NCBI GenBank assembly: GCA_031972855.1
Contig: DALYDY010000001.1
Location: 26,765 to 90,764 of the forward strand
DNA length: 64,000 bases
Source: Minisyncoccota bacterium
GTDB lineage: Bacteria; Patescibacteriota; Minisyncoccia; Phycocordibacterales; UBA9973
Reading direction: 5' to 3'
Shown here piece after piece: positions 19,891 to 30,667 of the stretch. Both the position numbers and the translations under genes were made by a program. Under the pieces are notes generated by a model. It searched no databases, was not told the DNA's origin, and worked only from the letters and a program-made list of their open reading frames with translations. Within the stretch, counting starts at the first letter, position 1. Each line of letters starts with the position of its first letter.

Positions 19891-20445
19891 ATGAAACCAT
19901 ATAAAAGAATCTTTGATATATTGTTTTCTATTGTCATTCTCATAATTACAGCACCAATCATTTTATTAATTTCTTTAGGAATTATTTTATCAGACAGTGG
20001 TCCTGTTATTTTTTGTTCTGAAAGAATTGGATGTGATGGTAAGGTTTTTACAATCTACAAATTCAAATCCTTAAAACAAAAACTTTCTAATATTAATCAA
20101 AAATTAGTTACTGATAAGAATGATTATAGAATGTTTTGGTTTGGAAAAATACTTCGCAGAACACACATGGATGAATTACCTCAGTTCATAAATGTATTAA
20201 TAGGAGACATGAGTGTTGTTGGTCCTAGACCATTACCAAAATTATATAGAGAAGAGAAATTAAAAATTCTTCCAGGAATTACAGGGTTGGCACAAGTAAG
20301 AATAGAGAATGATAAAATTCATAAATGTACATATAAACTAGGATTTAAATATGACAGATTTTATGAAAAAAAATATTCTATAATACTTGATCTTTATATA
20401 ATTTTGAAAACAACAAGAAATGTTTTCTTGGCGAAAGGCATTTAA
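19891..20445 (+). CDS. Polyprenyl-phosphate sugar phosphotransferase (Bac_transf family)
   Basis: 184 aa; KRIFDI.. N-terminal TM, ..GPVIF.QERIG..G..F.IYKFRSM-like, ..DELPQFINVL.GDMS.VGPRP. Confidence 0.8.
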   Translation: MKPYKRIFDILFSIVILIITAPIILLISLGIILSDSGPVIFCSERIGCDGKVFTIYKFKSLKQKLSNINQKLVTDKNDYRMFWFGKILRRTHMDELPQFINVLIGDMSVVGPRPLPKLYREEKLKILPGITGLAQVRIENDKIHKCTYKLGFKYDRFYEKKYSIILDLYIILKTTRNVFLAKGI

Positions 20446-20687
20446 AAAAGAAAAGCACCTATGCGGTGCTTTTAATATTTCTTCTTGAAAAATATTTTTT
20501 AATTAAGACAACTGAAATCCCAACAATAAAGAATGAAGAGGAACAACCTATGTATGAGATAACATTTCCTGGGATAATTTCATACATTTGTATAAGTATT
20601 GCAACAATAACAATGGCAACAAAAAGCGATAATAAGAAATTTCTTTTTTTCATAATCTTTTATTTTTGTTACATGCTATACCCAAAT

Positions 20688-22346
20688 CTATACTATGTCA
20701 ACGATTCGAATTCGAAGTTCTCTCTTCCTCAAGAACCATGACTCTTCAATAAACCCTAAGATAGAAATTGGCTCACCTATCACAAGCTTCCCTTTATACG
20801 AATCTGTCGTCTTGAAAAATTGAATTGCTTTTATATATTTCTTTCCATTTGAAATAATTATTTCTAAATGATTCTTTTCTTTACCAAAATTTCTAAAACT
20901 CACAAGTGTCGCGTCTTGAAATATGAATTGTGGTTTTTCAAATTCAAATCCAAACGGTGCGAGAATATTTACAGCGTTATACATTTCGTCACCAAAATTT
21001 TTCAAAGATACAACAATACCTTTTTTTTCTGATTCAACATTTTCAATTTTGTGTTCATCTACTATTGCAATCAATTCTTCTTCCAAAGAAAATATTCCAT
21101 CATCAGTAAGAGTGAATCCTCCAGCACCAATATGTCCTCCAAAGTTTGATATTGTATCTGTAGATAGAGATGTCATAAGTGTCACCAAGTGAGTATTACC
21201 GTCGCTTCTACAAGAGCCTTTTATTTGTGTTCCACCTTCCTGCCCCCAGACAAAAGCCGGCACTTTGTACGCTTCGACAATCTTAGTCGCCACAAGCCCG
21301 AGTACTCCCACTCTCCAAGACTTATCTCCAATAACGACAACTTTATTTATTTCTCTTCCTTCCATCTTTTTGTAGACTTCTTTCATTATACGAGCGACTT
21401 CACTCTTGCGACTATCATTCAAACTTCCGAGATGAATAGCGGCTTCTTTTCCGTCTTTCATATTTTTTGCAGCAAGAAGATTGTAAGCAAATTTTGGACT
21501 CTCCATTCTACTTGCAGCATTGAGGCGTGGCGCGAGCGTGAATCCTATATCATCTTCTGTAACACGAAATGTTTCTACACCAGCATCATGAAAAAGTTCT
21601 TGGAGACCAAAACGTTTTGTTTGTCTTATGACCTTGAGTCCGAAAGATGCGAGTATTCTATTCTCACCAATAAGTGGAACCATATCAGACAATGTTGCAA
21701 TCCCAACTAAGTCGAGAGACCACTTTTCAAATCCAACTGGCACTTTGAAATATTCACGATACTTTTCCAAAAATCCTCGAATGAAAGTGAAGCCTACACC
21801 TGCACCACAAAGCATCTTTTCTGGATATTTACAGTCAGAACGTTTTGGATTTATTACTACGAACGCTTTTGGAAGATTATCACTCCCATCTTCATGTTTC
21901 TTCGGTAAATGGTGATCTGTAACAATTACATCAATACCATGAGTACTTGCATATATCACCTCTTCGTGAGCTGTAATCCCAAGATCAAGAGTAAGTATCA
22001 ACTTAACCCCACTCTCTATAAATCCATCAATAGCTTCTCTATGGAGACCATACCCCTCTTCATGTCTATCTGGAATATATATTTCATAATTCTGAAAATT
22101 AATCTTTTGGAAAAGATCATCGAACATCGCAGCGGCAGGCACACCATCACAGTCATAATCAGAATAAATAATCACTTTTTCATTGTGATCAATAGCTTCA
22201 AATAGACGCACTACACCAGTCTCAAGTCCAGCCATCAAAAATGGATTTCCCAAAAGTTCATATTTTGGATTAAGGAAATCTTCCCATTCTGTTTGTGGAA
22301 TACCTTTTTGATTAAGGATTTGTTCTGTCAGTGCGTGTAGTGTCAT
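20688..22346 (-). CDS. recJ: Single-stranded-DNA-specific exonuclease RecJ
   Basis: 552 aa; DHH family motifs (..DYDCDG.., ..VTDHH..), DHHA1-like C-terminus. Confidence 0.85.
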   Translation of the reverse strand: MTLHALTEQILNQKGIPQTEWEDFLNPKYELLGNPFLMAGLETGVVRLFEAIDHNEKVIIYSDYDCDGVPAAAMFDDLFQKINFQNYEIYIPDRHEEGYGLHREAIDGFIESGVKLILTLDLGITAHEEVIYASTHGIDVIVTDHHLPKKHEDGSDNLPKAFVVINPKRSDCKYPEKMLCGAGVGFTFIRGFLEKYREYFKVPVGFEKWSLDLVGIATLSDMVPLIGENRILASFGLKVIRQTKRFGLQELFHDAGVETFRVTEDDIGFTLAPRLNAASRMESPKFAYNLLAAKNMKDGKEAAIHLGSLNDSRKSEVARIMKEVYKKMEGREINKVVVIGDKSWRVGVLGLVATKIVEAYKVPAFVWGQEGGTQIKGSCRSDGNTHLVTLMTSLSTDTISNFGGHIGAGGFTLTDDGIFSLEEELIAIVDEHKIENVESEKKGIVVSLKNFGDEMYNAVNILAPFGFEFEKPQFIFQDATLVSFRNFGKEKNHLEIIISNGKKYIKAIQFFKTTDSYKGKLVIGEPISILGFIEESWFLRKRELRIRIVDIV

Positions 22347-22414
22347 ATTAGGAGATTATACCTTACATATATACTTCTTCCACAATAAAGTTATAAAAAT
22401 ACTTAGACATTATA

Positions 22415-23248
22415 GTGTTTGACAAAAATATTATATTTAGTATTATAAGAAAAAACAAAAATTATTTAAAAATGAAAAAGATAAGCATATTAACTGGATT
22501 TATATTATTATCAATATTATCCATTGCCCAAGAAAAAATACTTGGTTGGAATTTAAAGGATTCAACACTTTACAGTATTGAATACCAAACAATAACAAAA
22601 GAAGTTCCTTTTGAGGTACCAAATTCATTCGAAGATTTTACCCTTGATCCTATCAATGTATCGCCCGTAACAGTCACCTATCGCAAGAGAACTATACTGG
22701 ATAGCTTTTCAGTAAAAAATTTACAAGAAAATGCTGGGATGTATTATTTTGTCCAAGCCATGAATTCACCCAAAAAATATATTTGTGTTAATTTAGATGA
22801 AAGAATTTACATAGACAAATTTTTTACACAAAGGATAGAGAAATATTCTTCGTTGTTTATTAAATTTATTCCTGAACAAAAAGAATTTGTTTTTCTAACT
22901 TCAAACAAAACAGAATCTTATATTCCTTGGATTAGATTAATTCTCTACATTCTTGCAATGTTTATTTGTATTCATATTTTACAAGAAAAAATATTTATCT
23001 TTTACGTAAAATACGATAAAGGAATGGGTATAACAGGACTTATTTTGCTATATGGCATGGGAATACCTTTATGTGATGCAGTTTTTGGAACCATGATAAT
23101 GGGTTTGGAAGGTGCTAAGAGTTATGAAATAATTCCAACATATCAAACTCTTACTCTGTGGATTGGTTTTATTTGTTTTATGCTGTCTATTTTTATTTAC
23201 AATATTAAAAGATTAAAACAAAATAAACCTATTTCAGTATTAAATTGA
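22415..23248 (+). CDS. Membrane protein, hypothetical
   Basis: Signal/TM at the N-terminus, several C-terminal TM helices. Confidence 0.4.
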   Translation: MFDKNIIFSIIRKNKNYLKMKKISILTGFILLSILSIAQEKILGWNLKDSTLYSIEYQTITKEVPFEVPNSFEDFTLDPINVSPVTVTYRKRTILDSFSVKNLQENAGMYYFVQAMNSPKKYICVNLDERIYIDKFFTQRIEKYSSLFIKFIPEQKEFVFLTSNKTESYIPWIRLILYILAMFICIHILQEKIFIFYVKYDKGMGITGLILLYGMGIPLCDAVFGTMIMGLEGAKSYEIIPTYQTLTLWIGFICFMLSIFIYNIKRLKQNKPISVLN

Positions 23249-23313
23249 GGCTACGGCCTCTTTTTTTATTAAATATACGTCTTTGTTTGTGTGTGGCAAA
23301 TTAAAAACGCACA

Positions 23314-23922
23314 TTAGTGCGTTTTGTATAATCTAAAAATTGTATTTTCTTTTAATGAAAAAGAACTTTGAGCATCTAGAGTCACCTCATTTTCAATTGG
23401 TAACTTCATTATCCCATTACTTTTTCTTATTTTAATCTTTGTTTTATTATTATTTAATGAACCAAGATCAAACGAATGCCCAATTGATGAAAGAATTTCA
23501 ATTGTATCAATCTGGGAAGCGTGAATCGCAACAGGAGCATCAAAAACGCAATGTGTAATAACAAGACTCTTTAAATAAGAATGACTGAAATTTAATGCAT
23601 TAACATTTTTTGTACCATTAATAAAATCTTCTTCACTAAATATACAATTCTTAAATAAGATATCTGAAAATTCAACATTTTCAAAGAAAAATGATCCTAA
23701 AAAAACACAATTTTCAAATTCAATCGAAACTTCAGGTCTATGAATTTTTCTAAAAATCTTATCATGAAAATCTCCCTTAAATGAGAAGTTTTTATTTTGA
23801 AGTTTTATTATCGGAACACAACTTCCGATTTCATCTCCAGAAAACAAATTTTCTTCTACTAATTGAAGAAAATGTAGAAGTTCACTAACGTCAAAATTAT
23901 GACTTATATATTTTTTTTCCAT
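23314..23922 (-). CDS. Hypothetical protein with pentapeptide-repeat-like segments
   Basis: Repetitive [FN][ED]NC.F.... units in the central region. Confidence 0.35.
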   Translation of the reverse strand: MEKKYISHNFDVSELLHFLQLVEENLFSGDEIGSCVPIIKLQNKNFSFKGDFHDKIFRKIHRPEVSIEFENCVFLGSFFFENVEFSDILFKNCIFSEEDFINGTKNVNALNFSHSYLKSLVITHCVFDAPVAIHASQIDTIEILSSIGHSFDLGSLNNNKTKIKIRKSNGIMKLPIENEVTLDAQSSFSLKENTIFRLYKTH

Positions 23923-23994
23923 ATTGTAAATTTTTATTACTGTACCCTTTTTTTATAAAAATCGCAAATTTAGAAATTTTGGTATAATTATCAA

Positions 23995-24396
23995 ATGGAA
24001 ACAATATTCACAAAAATTATCAAAGGAGAAATACCTTGTGCGAAGATATATGAAGACGATCAAGTTTTCGCTTTCTTAGATATTAACCCTATCAATCCCG
24101 GACACACCCTCGTAATACCAAAAGAACCTTACGAAAATATTTTTGAAATTCCAGATGAAATAATTTCAAAAATGATTGTAATTGCAAAACAAATTTCAAT
24201 AAAACAAAAAGAAATATTAAAGGCTGGTGGTGTAAATATTCATATGAATAATGGCGAAGCTGCTGGACCCGAAGTTTTACATTGTCATATTCATGTAATC
24301 CCCCGCTATACAAATGACGGTTATATGGATTGGCACGGAAAAGTATATGAGAGTGAAGAACAAAAGATAGAAGTTCAAGAAAAATTGAAGTTTTAA
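23995..24396 (+). CDS. HIT-family hydrolase
   Basis: 133 aa; histidine triad HCHIHVIP. Confidence 0.9.
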   Translation: METIFTKIIKGEIPCAKIYEDDQVFAFLDINPINPGHTLVIPKEPYENIFEIPDEIISKMIVIAKQISIKQKEILKAGGVNIHMNNGEAAGPEVLHCHIHVIPRYTNDGYMDWHGKVYESEEQKIEVQEKLKF

Positions 24397-24833
24397 AAAT
24401 AATTAGCCCGGAATTTGCGAAAGCAAATTCCGGGCTTTTTTAGGTATTCTACTTTGTAAATAAGTGGAGAGTACCAAGAAGTGGTAGACCAAAAATAGAG
24501 ATCTTCCAAATCGCAATGGCAAATCCCTGAGCAATAATGCCCAGAGCAGTATCACCCTTTATATTATCAAAAATAAAACCAGGGTAAGACGCGCTTAAAA
24601 TTAAGTTTTTCATATATGTGTTTTTTTTGGTTAGTTTTTAGAAGTTCAAAACATTGAATTCTCTAAAAACTAACCAAACCTAAGCATATTTCAAAGAACT
24701 CTTTATTAACTATATTATAGCACAATATATACCTATTTGTCAATAGATATATATTGTGCTAATTTAACCTTATAAATAAAGGTTTTTTGTAAAAATTCAT
24801 ATTTAGTATAGTATTTAAAGAAATTAAATACTT

Positions 24834-25025
24834 ATGAAAACAAGTGAACTTTTAACAAAAGAGAGAAATTTTATACTTAGAACACCTCCAAATGAAGTGA
24901 AGAGAAGTGTTGAAATTCTAGATAATAGCCCTTCTGATTTTAATCAAAATCTAGCTTCAGGCTATGGAATAAAAATAGCTCTAGATTTGTTAAGGAAAAT
25001 AAACATAAGCGAAGCTCTAAAATAA
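24834..25025 (+). CDS. Small protein, unit 0 of a tandem small-gene array
   Basis: 63 aa; preceded by TTGTAA-16-TAGTAT and followed by a hairpin terminator; its upstream DNA is homologous to the next two units. Confidence 0.35.
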   Translation: MKTSELLTKERNFILRTPPNEVKRSVEILDNSPSDFNQNLASGYGIKIALDLLRKINISEALK

Positions 25026-25079
25026 TTTTAGAGCTTTTATTTTGAAAAAAATCATTTTTAGTATATAAATAAAATAAAA

Positions 25080-25226
25080 ATGAGAAACAAGACTATAAAT
25101 CAAAAGAATCTAGCTCAAAGAGTTATGATTTTTAGAAAATTCACCAAAAAGAAAAATTCTAATTGGATCGAAAAAATACTATTATTCTTTGGAATATTGG
25201 ACGGACCTATTGGAAGATTCCGCTAA
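25080..25226 (+). CDS. Small basic protein (48 aa), unit 1 of the tandem array
   Basis: ATG at 25080, own TTGAAA-16-TATAAA promoter and own terminator (25219-25245); below the ORF-track size cut, found by manual translation. Confidence 0.3.
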   Translation: MRNKTINQKNLAQRVMIFRKFTKKKNSNWIEKILLFFGILDGPIGRFR

Positions 25227-25465
25227 AAGCCCTTTAAGGGTTTTTATTTTGAAAAAGCATTTACTTGGTGTATAAATAAAAGAAAAATGGAAAATAGAAA
25301 AAACCAGATAATAACCAGATATCTTTCTAAAAAAATATGAGGAGGAGAAAACGTCCCACTTATACAAAAATGAATATGGCTATGGAAAGATTCTTGGGTC
25401 CATCATATTATCCAAAATACAACACATAAAAAGCCCCTTTTCAGGGCTTTTTTTATTAACAAATT

Positions 25466-26593
25466 TTATTTTAAAACATCTATTCCTACCAGAGTTCCTT
25501 TTGCGAGGAATTCAAGTGTTGCCCCTCCTCCAGTTGAGACAAAAGTGAATTTGTCTGTGAGTTTCATTTTTTGGACGAGAGTTACTGTATCACCTCCCCC
25601 AATAATAACTTCAGTCTTTTCTAGTTTTGCCAAACCTTTCAATAATTCTTTTGTTGCCTTGTCGTATCCGTGTTCATAAAATCCGAGAGGTCCATTCCAC
25701 ACAACAAGCTTTGAAGATTTTGCTAGCGCGAGAATTTCTTTTACAGTAGAGGCTCCAATATCTACAATCTTTTCTGTTTCTGTTGTTTCGGCAACGGTAC
25801 ATGTATGTGATGCACTATTTTCTTCTACTACTACATCCATAGGAAGGAAGAAGTTTTTGTGTTTCAAAATATTCTTTGGAACTTCAAATCCATCATCTAC
25901 GAGAGATGTTCCAACTTCAAATCCAGCACTTTTGAGAGCGTTGTTTGCAAGAGCACCACCAATGAATACAGAGTCAGCACTTTCAAGGTATTTTTTCAAA
26001 AGAGGAAGTTTTGTAGAAAACTTCGCCCCTCCAAGTATAAAAAGAAATGGGTGTTTTGGTTCGAGAACTTTTGAAAGATTTTTTATTTCTTCTTCGAGTT
26101 GAAGCCCAGCAAATGAAGGGAGATGTTTCGCAATTCCAAAAACTGAAGCATGTTTTCTGTGAGAAACTGAGAAAGCATCGTTTACATATAAGTCACCCAT
26201 ACGAGACAGGGATCTTGCAAGAACAGTATCATTTTCTTTTTCACCAGCAAAACGACGGATATTTTCGAGAAGCACAATATCCCCTCCTATCATTTTATCT
26301 GTAAGTTCTTCTATCTCTCTAAGATTTGTTGTTGGGAGAAATACTGTTTTTATTTTTTTATTCAAATATTTTGCAACAGGAGCGAGAGTTTGTGTTCCGT
26401 CTTCACCTAAGTGAGCGAGAAGAATAACTCTTGCTTTTTGTTTCACCAAAAATTCAATAGTTGGAAGGGCTTTGTCTATACGAAATGTATCTTGTATTTT
26501 TCCATTTTCAATAGGAACATTGAAATCAACACGAACAAGAACTTTGTTATTTTTTGATGTTAGTTTTTCTTTGATTTTTTTGAGTGTTTGCAT
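25466..26593 (-). CDS. pgk: Phosphoglycerate kinase
   Basis: 375 aa; VRVDFNVP N-terminus, PGK fold throughout; bidirectional terminator hairpin at 25428-25456. Confidence 0.93.
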   Translation of the reverse strand: MQTLKKIKEKLTSKNNKVLVRVDFNVPIENGKIQDTFRIDKALPTIEFLVKQKARVILLAHLGEDGTQTLAPVAKYLNKKIKTVFLPTTNLREIEELTDKMIGGDIVLLENIRRFAGEKENDTVLARSLSRMGDLYVNDAFSVSHRKHASVFGIAKHLPSFAGLQLEEEIKNLSKVLEPKHPFLFILGGAKFSTKLPLLKKYLESADSVFIGGALANNALKSAGFEVGTSLVDDGFEVPKNILKHKNFFLPMDVVVEENSASHTCTVAETTETEKIVDIGASTVKEILALAKSSKLVVWNGPLGFYEHGYDKATKELLKGLAKLEKTEVIIGGGDTVTLVQKMKLTDKFTFVSTGGGATLEFLAKGTLVGIDVLK

Positions 26594-27365
26594 ATTGTTT
26601 ATTCTTTTCTTTTAGTTTGTCGTAAGCGTTATTAATAATTCCTGTGAAATCCTTTGGTGAAAGCGAGACTCTACCTATAAGGAGTCCTGTTACACCTTGT
26701 ATATCCATAAAAGATTGCGCGTTAGCTTTGTCTACTGACCCACCGTATAGAACTTTTATGTCGTGAGCTATTTTTTCACCAACAATATCAGCAACGACAC
26801 GACGAATAAAGATGGTCATTTCTTCACATTCGCTTGGAGTAGAAGACCTTACAGCATCTTTACCTATTGCCCATATTGGTTCATACGCGATAACAACTTT
26901 TTTTATTTCGTTTGAAGTAAATCCTTCAAAGGCTTTGAGAATTTGTTCTTTTACTACATGTAGATACCAATGTTCTTCTGTTCTTTCTTTTTCTCCAACA
27001 CAAAGAACTGGAGTAATACCCTGTTTTAAAACGCTTCGCAATTTTTGAGAAACAATTTCATCAGTATCACCACTCCCTCTCATTTCTGAGTGCCCTACCA
27101 AACAATAAGAAACTTTGTATTGTTTTAAAATAAATGCAGATATTTTACCAGTGTATGCACCGAGATCTACTTCAAAAGCATCTTGTGCTCCAATAGAAAT
27201 ATTTTTACTTATTAATTTTGAAAGTTCTGGTATATAGAGAGTTGGAGAACATATGACAGCTTTACTATCTTTTTGCAATCCTTTTTTTATTGCTTTAAAA
27301 GTATTAATTGCCTCTTTTGAAGATTTTGGATTTAGTTTCCAGTTTCCAATAATTAGTGGTTCCAT
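26547..27365 (-). CDS. tpiA: Triosephosphate isomerase
   Basis: IGNWKLN, ..VGHSE.R.., ..AYEPIWAIGKD.., GGSV motifs. Confidence 0.93.
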   Translation of the reverse strand: MEPLIIGNWKLNPKSSKEAINTFKAIKKGLQKDSKAVICSPTLYIPELSKLISKNISIGAQDAFEVDLGAYTGKISAFILKQYKVSYCLVGHSEMRGSGDTDEIVSQKLRSVLKQGITPVLCVGEKERTEEHWYLHVVKEQILKAFEGFTSNEIKKVVIAYEPIWAIGKDAVRSSTPSECEEMTIFIRRVVADIVGEKIAHDIKVLYGGSVDKANAQSFMDIQGVTGLLIGRVSLSPKDFTGIINNAYDKLKEKNKQYANTQKNQRKTNIKK

Positions 27366-27402
27366 ATCTGATATTATACACCACTATATGAAGTCTTAAA
27401 AA

Positions 27403-29172
27403 TTATTCTGTTTCACTCCAACCACTAGGTGTCCAAGATCCGGAAGGTCCAGAATTAAAGTTCATGTCAGCAAGTCCGGATTCATATTCAACTTCAGCCG
27501 AACCAGAAAGTGTAACTCTATAACCAGTCGCTTCTTTTGCTTTTGCTGATCCAGAAAAATTGATTGTCCCATATGGTGCATACAAAACAACAGAGCCAGC
27601 TGATCCAGAAACATTTATTGCATTGTAGCCACAAGTAGCAGAATCACAGTTTGATAAAGCTATCATTAGAACATAACTACCATTTTGACCTGTTCCATTA
27701 ACTTGTCCACTTCCTCCATTATCAAATTTACCATCTGTAATAATAATTCCACTACTGTTTCCATAAGAAGCGGAAGCTAAAACAATTTTACCAGAACCAG
27801 AGAGTGTTATGTTTCCTGTAACCCAAAGTGTTCCTGAAACATAAAGAGTTCCACTTCCTCCAACAGTTAGATTACCGACAATCTTTTTTGGACCAAGAGT
27901 TGCTGTATTACTTCCAGAAACATCATAGTTTCCATTATGAGTTCCTCCAGCTAAAGCTTCTTGTTTCCATTCTTCAATATTACCTTCAGATATTGGGAAT
28001 TCTTGGTATGCTGGATCGGCTTGAGTTGTATTACATATTTTATTGTTTCCTGTACCACTCTGACAATAAAGAGATCCTGTTACATTTGTATAGTTAACAG
28101 TATTTGCTCTCGCATCACCACTTGTAGTACCTACTCGAAATTGATTCCATTGACTACCTGAATTTCCAGCAATTCTTCCATTTATACTAGACAAGAATAC
28201 ATTAAAATAAAAATCAAGAGTTGAAGGTGAAAGATTACTCCAAGCACCAAACACTGCACCTTTTTTTGAAGCGCCAGGAATATATCCAGCATTATTTCCA
28301 CCTGCAGAGTAATATCCTCCACCTGAAGTTGTTGTCATAACAATCCAGTAAGTTGTACCGGCTGTTAATGTAGGATTTGTTGTAAAACTAATATCAACCC
28401 AACCATACGATGTGGATACTTGAGAAGAAGAAAGTGTACCTTGAGCAAGTGATCCGAAGCCAGGATTACTTCCATTGTTTGGCAATATATAGACAGTTGT
28501 ATTATAAGGATTTCCAGTTTTCTTTAGGTATAGCTGAACCTTACTCAATTGAGCTGTTGTTGTTAATTTGAAACTTTGAGCTATATCAGTATTTGAAGTA
28601 TTACCTACAGAGATATCGTAAGTTGGAGTTCCTTCGCCGTTATATTGATCAGCTGTTGTAGGACTATTTGCAGATGTAGCTGAGCCTGTAATTGAAGCTG
28701 AGCCATCACCCGTGATTGGTCCGTTTGCGTATACGTTTCCTTTTATTTTTGCACTTCCTGTTAAATTGATACCTCCTCTACCAACTTGAACACCGTAGTT
28801 AAAAGAGACACCTGTATCTTGTGTAATAGTAAGTCCTAAGTTTCTTTCATAAGAGTCCATTTGTCCAGTAGAATTGATTTGTTTTTGATTTGTATTAATT
28901 GTACTTATTATTGAAGTTGAAGATGAATCACCTAGTACAAGAGTTTCTGTTGTATCTATTGTTATGTTGTTTTTTATTCTATAAAAAGCATCTTCTATCC
29001 CAGATTCTGCTAGAAAATAACTTTGTTCTGATTTTAATTTTGCATGATTAGTTTTAAAATCTCTTGCTATTGGACTAATTATACCTGTGGTTATTGTTGC
29101 ACTAGCTAAAGCAAAAAATAAAACCACTATAGTCATTGCTGCTCCACTTTGATTCTTTAAAGTTTTTTTCAT
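27403..29172 (-). CDS. Large PilX-like minor pilin / tip-associated protein
   Basis: 589 aa; N-terminus ..QSGAAMTIVVLFFALAS.. resembles the PilX_N/TadG-type pseudopilin helix; rest is Gly/Ser/Thr/Asn-rich; last gene of the pilus operon. Confidence 0.5.
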   Translation of the reverse strand: MKKTLKNQSGAAMTIVVLFFALASATITTGIISPIARDFKTNHAKLKSEQSYFLAESGIEDAFYRIKNNITIDTTETLVLGDSSSTSIISTINTNQKQINSTGQMDSYERNLGLTITQDTGVSFNYGVQVGRGGINLTGSAKIKGNVYANGPITGDGSASITGSATSANSPTTADQYNGEGTPTYDISVGNTSNTDIAQSFKLTTTAQLSKVQLYLKKTGNPYNTTVYILPNNGSNPGFGSLAQGTLSSSQVSTSYGWVDISFTTNPTLTAGTTYWIVMTTTSGGGYYSAGGNNAGYIPGASKKGAVFGAWSNLSPSTLDFYFNVFLSSINGRIAGNSGSQWNQFRVGTTSGDARANTVNYTNVTGSLYCQSGTGNNKICNTTQADPAYQEFPISEGNIEEWKQEALAGGTHNGNYDVSGSNTATLGPKKIVGNLTVGGSGTLYVSGTLWVTGNITLSGSGKIVLASASYGNSSGIIITDGKFDNGGSGQVNGTGQNGSYVLMIALSNCDSATCGYNAINVSGSAGSVVLYAPYGTINFSGSAKAKEATGYRVTLSGSAEVEYESGLADMNFNSGPSGSWTPSGWSETE

Positions 29173-29173
29173 A

Positions 29174-29668
29174 TTAATAATTACCTCTAAGAGAAACTGT
29201 TTGATAAAAATTTTCTGTAATTAAACCATTACCACCATTAATTGAAGTTTGTAATTCTATTTTTACACCTTCACCTGTTGCTGTAGTTATTTTTCTAAAT
29301 ATTAGACTAGATAGAGTTAATTTACTTGAAAGAATATTCCCAGAAAGCACACCATTTTCTGTAAGGTTAATTGAATTTCCAGACACATCAAAACGAACAA
29401 TTTTTGAACTTGGTTGATTTAAAACAAGAACTCCAGGATTTGTACCAAAAGTACTACTTACACTATTTATACTTTCTGATTTTCTAATTTCTCTAGTGAA
29501 CCGCTCCATTGTTTTTGTTCCAACACTGATCAAATAACGACGAGCTACGACTTCTTTGAAAGAACTGTTTGAAATACTGTATGAATAAATAATTACACCA
29601 GACAAAACCACAAAAATAAGAAGATAAATTAGAACTTCGATTATTGTTGATCCTTTTTGTAGTCTCAT
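29174..29668 (-). CDS. Type IV pilus minor pilin (pseudopilin)
   Basis: Prepilin-type N-terminus QKGSTIIEVLIYLLIFVVL. Confidence 0.7.
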   Translation of the reverse strand: MRLQKGSTIIEVLIYLLIFVVLSGVIIYSYSISNSSFKEVVARRYLISVGTKTMERFTREIRKSESINSVSSTFGTNPGVLVLNQPSSKIVRFDVSGNSINLTENGVLSGNILSSKLTLSSLIFRKITTATGEGVKIELQTSINGGNGLITENFYQTVSLRGNY

Positions 29669-29673
29669 ATAAA

Positions 29674-30168
29674 TTAGAAAATATTAAAAATATAAAGTTG
29701 TAATTGCTTTGTTACAGTTCCTTCTTTAGTATTGAAAGTTGTTGTTATTGTAAAAAGTTTACTATTACTGTCGAGAGTTCCAGTACTTGCAATGTCATTG
29801 TTTACATCTCTATAAACATTTGAGACTGTAATAATTCTAGTGAAATAATCTATAGTATTGGGTGTTTGTGAAAGAGACCAGAGATTAGTAGTAGTATTAA
29901 AATAAAGATAATAATTCGTACCGACTTGAAGACTTGAGATATTTGTCCAAGAATTATCGCGAATAAGACGAACTGCTTCAGCTCCTTCTGACAATAAGTT
30001 TGTTGTTTGAACCTCTTTTAAAGCTCTATTTGATAGAGTTATTCCTTTTGTTGAAACAAATGATATAGCTAAAACCAAAGAACTAACAATAGCTGAAGCA
30101 ATAATAACTTCAATCAAAGAAAATCCTAAATTTGGTTTAAGAAAACTTTTTTTCATTTTAATTAACAC
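29674..30168 (-). CDS. Type IV pilus minor pilin (pseudopilin)
   Basis: N-terminus ..LGFSLIEVIIASAIV.. Confidence 0.7.
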   Translation of the reverse strand: MLIKMKKSFLKPNLGFSLIEVIIASAIVSSLVLAISFVSTKGITLSNRALKEVQTTNLLSEGAEAVRLIRDNSWTNISSLQVGTNYYLYFNTTTNLWSLSQTPNTIDYFTRIITVSNVYRDVNNDIASTGTLDSNSKLFTITTTFNTKEGTVTKQLQLYIFNIF

Positions 30169-30664
30169 TCACTGATCCTGTTTTTAAAACAGTTATAATT
30201 TTATTTGTCGAAGGGAGTGTGGTGAGTGATATTGTTATTGTACCATAATTATTTGTATCACCAGTGAGTCTAGCGAAGCTTAATGTCTGTCCTCCACCAT
30301 TTAGTGACCATGCAGCTTGTACACCATTTTCATATAACAGAATTTCATTACCTACAGCACCTTCAGTAAAATTTGTACCAGAAAATAAAACCACTCTTGT
30401 AGACTCAATACGTACAGAATATTGTAAACCATTTAAAGAATTTAATGTTTGGTTTTGAGCTTTTTCAATAACAGAAATTATTTGAGAAGATGTTGAATTT
30501 AAATTATTTCTACCTCTAGAATTTTTTATATTTGGCAAAACAATAGCAAGCATTAATAAAAGTAGTCCGAGAGCTATTATTGTCTCCATAAACGTAAACC
30601 CATACACCAAAATTTTTGGTGTATGGGTAAAACCTAGAATGTTTTTTGTGTAGAAATTTTTCAT
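30158..30664 (-). CDS. Type IV pilus minor pilin (pseudopilin)
   Basis: N-terminus ..YGFTFMETIIALGLLLLMLAI.. Confidence 0.65.
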   Translation of the reverse strand: MKNFYTKNILGFTHTPKILVYGFTFMETIIALGLLLLMLAIVLPNIKNSRGRNNLNSTSSQIISVIEKAQNQTLNSLNGLQYSVRIESTRVVLFSGTNFTEGAVGNEILLYENGVQAAWSLNGGGQTLSFARLTGDTNNYGTITISLTTLPSTNKIITVLKTGSVSVN

Positions 30665-30667
30665 AAT

